Shown piece after piece: positions 56,614 through 64,000 of a stretch of 64,000 bases of DNA. Source of the DNA: Candidatus Latescibacterota bacterium. Its GTDB lineage: Bacteria > Latescibacterota > UBA2968. The stretch spans positions 1,856,001-1,920,000 of the forward strand of contig OZ241986.1 of the NCBI GenBank assembly GCA_965204375.1, written 5' to 3'. The notes under the pieces are model-generated. The model was not told the origin of the DNA. It ran no database searches and saw nothing but the letters and a program-made list of their open reading frames with translations. A program made the translations under genes and the position numbers. How positions within the stretch are numbered: the first letter of the stretch is position 1; every line of letters begins with the position of its first letter.

Positions 56614-59600
56614 GTATTAATTGGAGGTAAACCAATGCTTTCCGTGTTCTCTTCTGCGAGGGCTTCAAAAACCTGCGATTCTTCCACCACATCTGTATCC
56701 AAATCGCGGTATTTCAAAGCACCTGTACCGGCGGGAATGAGGTGTCCGATGATCACATTTTCCTTTAATCCCAACAGCGTGTCAACCTTGCCCTGTACTG
56801 CTGCTTCGGTAAGTACTCGGGTAGTTTCCTGGAAAGAAGCTGCAGAAATGAAACTCTCGGTCAAAAGAGAGGCTCGGGTAATCCCCAACAAGACGGGATT
56901 GTTAGTTGCCGGATCGCCTCCTTCAACGAGAACCTTATCATTCTCATCGAGGAAGCGGAATCGGTCAACCAGTTCGTCTTCGAGAAAATTGGTATCTCCA
57001 GGATCTGTCACCTGTACTTTCTGCAACATCTGCCGGACGATGGTTTCAATATGCTTGTCATTGATTTTCACACCCTGGAGCCGATAAACCTGCTGAATTT
57101 CATCGACGAGATACTCCTGAACTTTTCGATCTCCCAAAATAGCCAGAATGTCGTGTGGATTTACTGACCCCTCAGACAGGCGGTCACCCGCGGTTACGTG
57201 ATCACCTTCTTGTACGCGCAGATGTCGTCCATAGGGAATGGTGTATTTTTTTTCTTCGCCCTCATCAGCCGTAACCAAGACAACTCGAGAGCCTCTCACC
57301 ATGCGACCAAAGCTCACCGAGCCGTTGATTTCGGTAACCACTGAAGCCTCTTTGGGGCGACGCGCCTCAAAAAGCTCAGCTACACGCGGCAAACCACCTG
57401 TAATATCTCGTGTTTTGCTGCGTTCACGCGAAATTTTAGCCAGCGTATCGCCATCTGCTACTTGGTCGCCATCGCGCACCACCAGTCGCGCTCCCAGGGG
57501 AATGATATAATGGCCCAGTTCTTTGCCATCTTCATCAACAACCTTAATGTGCGGCGATAAGGTGCGGTCTCGGTGCTCAATCACGACCAGTCCGGCAATG
57601 CTGGTGGTTTCATCAATTTCTTCGCGATATGTCACTCCTTCTACGAGGTCCCCAAACTGAACTTTACCAGCTTTGGGCGATACGATCACATTATTATAAG
57701 GGTCCCATTCGTAGAGTGCCTGGTCCTCTGCCACATCTTGTCCTTCCGCCACTCGCAACACAGCTCCATGCGGCACGTGGTAGTGCCCTCCCCTTACACG
57801 ACCCTGATCATCTTGTACTTCGATCTCGCCGTTCCGACCGACCACAACCCATGAATCTTCATCGCGCTGCACAAACTCGAGATGTTTAAAGATGACTTTT
57901 CCCGCACGCTTTGCACCAATCTCGGCCTGCTCGGCAATGCGGCTGGAAGTACCCCCAATATGAAAGGTGCGCAATGTCAACTGTGTTCCGGGTTCGCCCA
58001 CACTCTGCGCAGCAATAACACCCACGGCCTCTCCAATATCAACGGGTAGTCCGGTGGCGGGGTTGCGGCCATAACAGGCCATACAGACCCCTCGTCGAGT
58101 TTCACATGTCAATACGGACCGCACCCAGACGCCTTCAATACCCGCATCGGCAATTTTGTCGGCCAATCCTTCATCTAATAAAACGCCGGCTTCAACAATG
58201 CGGTCCCCTGTAATGGGATCTTCGACATCTTCCAGCACTGTGCGTCCTACAATGCGGTCAGATAGCGATTCAACAACTTCTTCGCCTTCCTTCAGGGCTT
58301 CCATTTCAATGCCCAATATCGTTCCGCAATCGGATTCAGAAATAACCACATCTTGCGATACATCCACCATGCGACGCGTCAAGTAGCCAGCTTCAGCAGT
58401 CTTCAAGGCCGTATCGGCCAGCCCCTTGCGACTGCCGTGCGTCGAAATAAAATACTCAAGCACGGTCAGACCTTCTTTAAGTGACGAAATAATAGGTGTT
58501 TCAATAATTTCGCCAATCGCTCCCGTCAATTTCTTTTGCGGTTTATTCATCAGCCCGCGCATACCACCGAGTTGCTTGATCTGATCGTCGTTTCCTCGTG
58601 CGCCCGAATCCTTCATAATCCAGATTGAATTGAAGCCTTCTTCGGCTTTTTCAAATGCACCAATCATGGCTTGGGCAATGTGATTGGTCGTATGCTGCCA
58701 TACATCAATCACTTTGTTGTAGCGTTCGCCCTCGGTAATAGCCCCGATCGCGTGTTGTTCAATAATTTTTTCGACTTCGCCCATAGCATCGGTAATCAAT
58801 TCTTCCTTTTCGGGGGGCACGACCACATCGCTCACCGCAATCGAAATACCCGACTGCGTCGCATAATCGTATCCCAACTGCTTCAATCCATCGAGAAAAT
58901 CTGTCGTAATGCGGTTGCCATACCGACTGTGGACTTCAGAAGAAACTTTGCGGATGCCTTTGTCATCGATCAATTCATTGATAAAGGGCATCGTTTCGGG
59001 CATAATTTCATTAAAAATAACGCGTCCAACCGTGGTTGTTATGAGTTCACCATCTATGCGAACACGCACGGCTTCATGCAGGTCAATGCGTTCAAAATCA
59101 TACGCCAAGAGAGCTTCATCGGTACTGCTAAAAGTTTTGAGATTATCTTCCTTGCCGTGAACAATTTTTGTCAGATAATACAGACCTAAAGCTATTTCCT
59201 GGGGTTTATCGACCACAACAGGCGATCCATCGGCGGGTTTGAGCAAATTGTTTGACGACAGCATCAACACCCGCGCTTCAATCTGGGCCTCGAAAGAAAG
59301 CGGCAGGTGCACGGCCATCTGATCACCGTCGAAATCGGCATTAAATGCCGCACAGACCAGCGGATGAATGCGAATGGCTTTGCCTTCTACGAGCACGGGT
59401 AAAAACGCCTGAATGCCCAGGCGATGCAATGTTGGGGCGCGATTGAGCAAAACGCAGTGATCCTGGATAATTTCTTCGAGAATATCCCATACTTCAACGC
59501 GCTCGCGTTCGACTAATTTCTTCGCACTTTTAACGGTTTGGACGAGGCCCTTTTCTTCAAGCCGTCGAATAATAAATGGCTTGAATAATTCCAGAGCCAT

Positions 59601-60701
59601 ATGTTTGGGTAGCCCGCATTGATAAAGCCTTAAATGAGGATCGACCACAATCACAGAACGACCCGAATAATCGACGCGTTTACCCAAAAGATTCTGGCGG
59701 AATCGCCCCTGTTTACCCTTGAGTAGATCGGAAAGCGACTTGAGGGATCGGTTGCCATCACCGCGAACAGCACGAGACCGACGGCCATTGTCAAACAGAG
59801 CGTCAACGGCCTCCTGGAGCATGCGTTTTTCATTGCGTAAAATGACTTCGGGTGCTTTGATTTCAATCAATTTTTTGAGCCGATTATTTCTATTGATCAC
59901 GCGGCGATATAAATCATTGAGATCCGAAGTTGCAAACCGCCCGCCCTCTAAGGGTACGAGAGGACGCAAATCGGGTGGGATGACGGGAATCACATCGAGA
60001 ATCATCCAATCGGGCTGATTATCCGATTGGCGGAACGCCTCAACGACCTTGAGGCGTTTGAGTGCCTCCTGTTTGCGCTGCACCGAAGTCTCGAAACGAG
60101 CTTGCGTTCGCAGTTCAGCAGACAAGTCCTCAATATCGATTTCAGACAGCAGTTTTTTGATCGCGCCAGCCCCCATATCGACATCAAATGAATACCCCTC
60201 ATCTTCGAGATCAATCACCTCATCTTCAGTGAGCAAATCCTTGAATTTGAGATCGGGAGCATCACCGGGATCCAGCACCACATACGATTCGTAGTAAATG
60301 ATTCGCTCGAGATTGCGAACGGAAAGATTGAGCAAATACCCCATGCGAGATGGGAGCGACTTAAAAAACCAGATATGTGTCACTGGAACCGCCAATTCGA
60401 TGTGTCCCAGCCGCTCTCGTCTGACTTTTGATTGGGTCACTTCTACCCCACACCGATCACACACTACACCCCGATATCGAATGCGCTTGTATTTACCGCA
60501 ATGGCACTCCCAGTCTTTGACAGGCCCAAAAATGCATTCGCAAAATAATCCGTCACGCTCGGGCTTAAAAGACCGATAATTGATCGTTTCGGGTTTGGTA
60601 ACCTCGCCGCGCGACCACCCTCGGATGGTATCTGGCGAAGCCAGTTGAATGCGAATAGAATTAAAATCTAAGGGTTGATTGGCAAAATTGGTATCGGCCA
60701 C
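56610..60701 (-). CDS. rpoC: RNA polymerase beta' subunit
   Basis: NADFDGD; KPETINYR; zinc-binding cysteines; trigger-loop insertion between RTFHIGG and DITGGLPRV. Confidence 0.99.
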   Translation of the reverse strand: MADTNFANQPLDFNSIRIQLASPDTIRGWSRGEVTKPETINYRSFKPERDGLFCECIFGPVKDWECHCGKYKRIRYRGVVCDRCGVEVTQSKVRRERLGHIELAVPVTHIWFFKSLPSRMGYLLNLSVRNLERIIYYESYVVLDPGDAPDLKFKDLLTEDEVIDLEDEGYSFDVDMGAGAIKKLLSEIDIEDLSAELRTQARFETSVQRKQEALKRLKVVEAFRQSDNQPDWMILDVIPVIPPDLRPLVPLEGGRFATSDLNDLYRRVINRNNRLKKLIEIKAPEVILRNEKRMLQEAVDALFDNGRRSRAVRGDGNRSLKSLSDLLKGKQGRFRQNLLGKRVDYSGRSVIVVDPHLRLYQCGLPKHMALELFKPFIIRRLEEKGLVQTVKSAKKLVERERVEVWDILEEIIQDHCVLLNRAPTLHRLGIQAFLPVLVEGKAIRIHPLVCAAFNADFDGDQMAVHLPLSFEAQIEARVLMLSSNNLLKPADGSPVVVDKPQEIALGLYYLTKIVHGKEDNLKTFSSTDEALLAYDFERIDLHEAVRVRIDGELITTTVGRVIFNEIMPETMPFINELIDDKGIRKVSSEVHSRYGNRITTDFLDGLKQLGYDYATQSGISIAVSDVVVPPEKEELITDAMGEVEKIIEQHAIGAITEGERYNKVIDVWQHTTNHIAQAMIGAFEKAEEGFNSIWIMKDSGARGNDDQIKQLGGMRGLMNKPQKKLTGAIGEIIETPIISSLKEGLTVLEYFISTHGSRKGLADTALKTAEAGYLTRRMVDVSQDVVISESDCGTILGIEMEALKEGEEVVESLSDRIVGRTVLEDVEDPITGDRIVEAGVLLDEGLADKIADAGIEGVWVRSVLTCETRRGVCMACYGRNPATGLPVDIGEAVGVIAAQSVGEPGTQLTLRTFHIGGTSSRIAEQAEIGAKRAGKVIFKHLEFVQRDEDSWVVVGRNGEIEVQDDQGRVRGGHYHVPHGAVLRVAEGQDVAEDQALYEWDPYNNVIVSPKAGKVQFGDLVEGVTYREEIDETTSIAGLVVIEHRDRTLSPHIKVVDEDGKELGHYIIPLGARLVVRDGDQVADGDTLAKISRERSKTRDITGGLPRVAELFEARRPKEASVVTEINGSVSFGRMVRGSRVVLVTADEGEEKKYTIPYGRHLRVQEGDHVTAGDRLSEGSVNPHDILAILGDRKVQEYLVDEIQQVYRLQGVKINDKHIETIVRQMLQKVQVTDPGDTNFLEDELVDRFRFLDENDKVLVEGGDPATNNPVLLGITRASLLTESFISAASFQETTRVLTEAAVQGKVDTLLGLKENVIIGHLIPAGTGALKYRDLDTDVVEESQVFEALAEENTESIGLPPINT

Positions 60702-60731
60702 GAGAGAACCCCCTTTTAAAATCTTATGTCG

Positions 60732-63700
60732 TCAGTCAATCGCGTTTTCAAGTACCACGTCCAAACACAGGCTTTGCAATTCTTTGACCAGAACATTAAA
60801 TGATTCTGGCACACCGGGTTCGGGTGGATTTTCTCCCTTCACAATGGTCTCGTAAATTTTGGATCTGCCTGCCACATCGTCGGATTTGACAGTAAGCATT
60901 TCCTGTAACATGTGTGCAGCACCATAAGCTTCGAGCGCCCAAACTTCCATTTCTCCAAAGCGCTGTCCTCCAAACTGGGCTTTGCCGCCCAAAGGCTGTT
61001 GTGTGACCAGTGAATAGGGTCCAATTGAACGTGCGTGGATCTTGTCGCTGACCAGATGCGACAGTTTCAACATATAAATGATGCCGACCATCACTTCTTT
61101 ATCAAACGGTACCCCTGTTTTGCCATCGTAAAGGAGCGTTTTTCCGTTTTCGGGCAAATCAGCTTTTCGCAACATATCCTGGACATCGTCCATGCTCGCG
61201 CCATCAAACACAGGAGTCGCAAAGTGGAGATCCAGTTTGTGGGCTGCCCAACCCAAATGGGTTTCGAGGATTTGGCCAAGATTCATGCGAGAGGGTACAC
61301 CGAGCGGATTCAAAACCAGATCAATGGGCGTGCCATCGGGCAAATAGGGCATATCTTCTTCGGGCACAATAATCGAAATTACACCCTTATTGCCGTGTCG
61401 TCCGGCCATTTTATCCCCTACCATCAGCTTTCTTTTGCGAGCGACATACACCTTAACCAGTTGCACAATGCCCGGCGGAAGTTCATCTCCGCGCGCGATT
61501 TTTTCAAGCTCTCGCTCGAGTTCTTCTTCCGCCTGCTGCATCAAGTGGTCGGCCAGTTCAATCAGTCGATCCACCTTTTGGCTTGTCGCTGGACTATCAC
61601 ACCAATCCCCATCGGGTGTCACTGTGCCCAGGTCAAATTTTTCCAGCGATCTTTCATTCAACGCCGTGCCAGCCTTTGCAACTACCGTACCCTCTTCATC
61701 GCGCAGGGTATTGACTCTGCGGTTTTTGAGAAGAGCTAAAACCTGCTGATCCCGGCTTTGTTTTAATGACTCAATCTTAGAAGCAATGCGTTTTTGAGCA
61801 ACTCTGGTCTTTTCTTTATCTTCATTTCGCGTCTTTTCATCGCGCTCTTTGCGAGAAAAAACTTTGCGATCCATGACCACGCCATCCATTCCTGGAGGAG
61901 CTTTAAGCGATGCATCGCGCACATCGCCGGCCTTCTCGCCAAAAATCGCGCGCAACAAACGCTCTTCAGGTGACAATTCAGTTTCGCCCTTCGGGGTCAC
62001 CTTCCCAACGAGAATATCGCCCTGATTGACCTCTGCTCCCACGCGAATGATGCCGTGCTCATCCAGATTGCGAACAGCTTGCTCACTAACGTTGGGAATT
62101 TCACGCGTAATTTCTTCTGTGCCGCGTTTGGTATCGCGAACCTGGAGCTCAAATTCTTCAATGCTAATTGAAGTAAAAATATCCTTTTTAATGAGCCGCT
62201 CAGAAACAATGATGGCATCTTCGAAGTTGTACCCATGCCACGACATAAACGCCACGAGCACATTGGAACCAAGCGCGAGATCTCCCCTGTCTGTGGCACA
62301 ACCATCAGCCAATAACTGACCTTTTTCAACTTTATCACCAACTTGTACGGCCGGACGCTGGTTAATACAAAAATCTTGATTGGATCGCTTGAATTTGGTC
62401 AGATCGTAAATGTCCTCATCAGACAGCGAAATGGTTTCAATACTGCGCCCTTTTCGGCGCTTAACGACAATTTTGTCGGCACTGACATACGTTACAACAC
62501 CGGCGTTTTTCGCAATAATGACAGCTTTTGAATCAACGGCAACTTTGCGCTCGAGACCCGTTCCAACACGCGGGGCATCCGTAATTAAGAGAGGCACACC
62601 TTGCCGCTGCATATTGGACCCCATCAACGCGCGGTTGGCCTCATCGTGCTCGAGAAAAGGAATAAGTCCGGCGGCAGCACTCACAAGTTGGAAGGGTGAA
62701 ACATCCATGTAGTCAATCGCATCGGGATCGACCACGGGAAAATCGCCTCGCCGCCTCGCCTGCACGACATTATTTTCAAATTCGCCCTTGTCATCAAGCG
62801 CCAGATTGGCCTGTGCAATGGTATGGCGATCTTCTTCATCGGCGGGCAAATATGCAATATCCTGTGAAACTTTGCCACTTTTGACCTTCCGATAGGGAGT
62901 CTCGAGAAAGCCGAAGGGATTGACCTTGGCATAAGTTGCCACAGACACAATCAGGCCGATATTAGGGCCTTCGGGCGTTTCGATGGGACAAATGCGGCCG
63001 TAGTGTGTATGATGCACATCGCGCACCTCAAACCCCGCCCGGTCGCGCGTTAATCCCCCCGGTCCCAATGCCGACAAACGGCGTTTGTGGGTCAATTCGT
63101 CAAGCGGATTGATTTGCTGTAAAAACTGTGATAATTGGCTACTGCCAAAAAAGGCCTGAACCACAGTAGATACAGTCCGCGCGTTGACCAGATCGTGGGG
63201 AGTAAGTTGCTCAGAATCGCGCAAACTCATGCGCTCCCTAATCGTGCGCGCCATGCGCGCCAAACCAATACTAAACTGCTTGGAGAGCAACTCGCCAACA
63301 GAGCGCACCCGCCGATTGCCCAAATGATCGATATCATCGGTAAACCCCTCCCCCATAGCCAAGATAAGTAGATAGTCAATGACTTTAATAAAGTCATCAA
63401 TACACAGCATGGTGAAGTCGAGCGGAATATTATCGATCATATCCAAACGCTGGTTAATACGATAGCGCCCGACAGTACCCAGATTATAACGCCTGGGACT
63501 GAAAAAATTTCGCTCGAGCAATCCGCGAGCAGTTTCAATATTGGGAGGATCGCCAGGACGCAGCAGGCTATAAATCCGCGAGAGTGCTTCTTCCTCATTG
63601 TCACACGGATCTTTGTCCAGCGTATTAGTAATAATCCCACCGTCGTTTTCGGGGTCGATATCCATCACTGTGATTTTGACGATCCCATTTTCCTTAAGGG

Positions 63701-64000
63701 CTAAGAGATGCTCCTCCATCAACGTGGTATATGCTTCGACAATTACTTCTCCCGTCTTTTTATTTACCACATCTTCGGTAACAATGTTATCGACGAGTTC
63801 TTCAGAAACTTTCACGGCGTTATCACCGTGAAAAATGCCCAGAATTTCCTCGGACTTGTCAAATCCCAACGCTCTCAACAAAGTCGTGACCGGCAGTTTG
63901 CGTTTGCGGTCGATATGAACGTACATAATATCGTTGATATCGAGACTAAATTCGAGCCATGCACCGTTGTCGGGAATAATTCTGGCGGAAAATAAACGCT
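60732..64000 (-). CDS. rpoB: RNA polymerase beta subunit (5' end outside window)
   Basis: [10 protein letters not shown]; ETPEGPNIG; [12 protein letters not shown]; GGQRFGEME. Frame is open to the window edge. Confidence 0.99.
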   Translation of the reverse strand, partial: RLFSARIIPDNGAWLEFSLDINDIMYVHIDRKRKLPVTTLLRALGFDKSEEILGIFHGDNAVKVSEELVDNIVTEDVVNKKTGEVIVEAYTTLMEEHLLALKENGIVKITVMDIDPENDGGIITNTLDKDPCDNEEEALSRIYSLLRPGDPPNIETARGLLERNFFSPRRYNLGTVGRYRINQRLDMIDNIPLDFTMLCIDDFIKVIDYLLILAMGEGFTDDIDHLGNRRVRSVGELLSKQFSIGLARMARTIRERMSLRDSEQLTPHDLVNARTVSTVVQAFFGSSQLSQFLQQINPLDELTHKRRLSALGPGGLTRDRAGFEVRDVHHTHYGRICPIETPEGPNIGLIVSVATYAKVNPFGFLETPYRKVKSGKVSQDIAYLPADEEDRHTIAQANLALDDKGEFENNVVQARRRGDFPVVDPDAIDYMDVSPFQLVSAAAGLIPFLEHDEANRALMGSNMQRQGVPLLITDAPRVGTGLERKVAVDSKAVIIAKNAGVVTYVSADKIVVKRRKGRSIETISLSDEDIYDLTKFKRSNQDFCINQRPAVQVGDKVEKGQLLADGCATDRGDLALGSNVLVAFMSWHGYNFEDAIIVSERLIKKDIFTSISIEEFELQVRDTKRGTEEITREIPNVSEQAVRNLDEHGIIRVGAEVNQGDILVGKVTPKGETELSPEERLLRAIFGEKAGDVRDASLKAPPGMDGVVMDRKVFSRKERDEKTRNEDKEKTRVAQKRIASKIESLKQSRDQQVLALLKNRRVNTLRDEEGTVVAKAGTALNERSLEKFDLGTVTPDGDWCDSPATSQKVDRLIELADHLMQQAEEELERELEKIARGDELPPGIVQLVKVYVARKRKLMVGDKMAGRHGNKGVISIIVPEEDMPYLPDGTPIDLVLNPLGVPSRMNLGQILETHLGWAAHKLDLHFATPVFDGASMDDVQDMLRKADLPENGKTLLYDGKTGVPFDKEVMVGIIYMLKLSHLVSDKIHARSIGPYSLVTQQPLGGKAQFGGQRFGEMEVWALEAYGAAHMLQEMLTVKSDDVAGRSKIYETIVKGENPPEPGVPESFNVLVKELQSLCLDVVLENAID

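Noticed and set aside
57400-57960. Large insertion in the RpoC trigger loop
   Set aside because: It corresponds to the known SI3/beta'i6-type lineage insertion and is not novel.
142-63995. Numerous short or antisense ORFs in the six-frame track (e.g. 12004-12786, 15230-16051, 21270-22436, 61035-61739)
   Set aside because: They overlap well-supported genes, show no recognisable motifs and are expected shadow ORFs.
1-64000. tRNA, rRNA or CRISPR arrays
   Set aside because: Intergenic regions are short. No cloverleaf, rRNA-like sequence or regularly spaced repeats were seen by eye.

Overview
Bacterial chromosomal window of roughly 50% GC. The gene content (PorV-family protein, CTD-bearing secreted protein, GWxTD protein, DUF6785-type membrane proteins) suggests a non-Bacteroidota FCB-group lineage such as Latescibacterota or Gemmatimonadota; this is inference. 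1-17 kb is a putative SusD-less catabolic locus: TonB-dependent receptor (5'-truncated), secreted FN3/T9SS-like-CTD protein, PorV/PorQ-family barrel, two paralogous DUF6785/DUF6784-type membrane proteins bracketing a Tat phosphotriesterase-family hydrolase, a Tat sulfatase and a GPH symporter, then a convergent, GC-richer PL26/YetA-like gene. 17-38 kb holds heme O synthase plus an ABC-2 exporter, a PKD-like lipoprotein, a family B DNA polymerase with a clamp-binding tail, a remnant of a TlpA-ending gene, a BlaI-family repressor with two candidate operators, two tandem BlaR1(M56)-propeller-carboxypeptidase-regulatory-TlpA fusion proteins, a TPR-GWxTD protein, a VapBC-type toxin-antitoxin pair, galK and a GalE-GalT fusion. 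38-64 kb is greA (with a candidate leader attenuator) converging on the rpoB(partial)-rpoC-str-S10-spc-alpha supercluster. RpoB, S12 and S5 carry unusual residues at antibiotic-target positions. No rRNA, tRNA, CRISPR array or transposase was seen. All family assignments come from motif recognition by eye; no database search was run.
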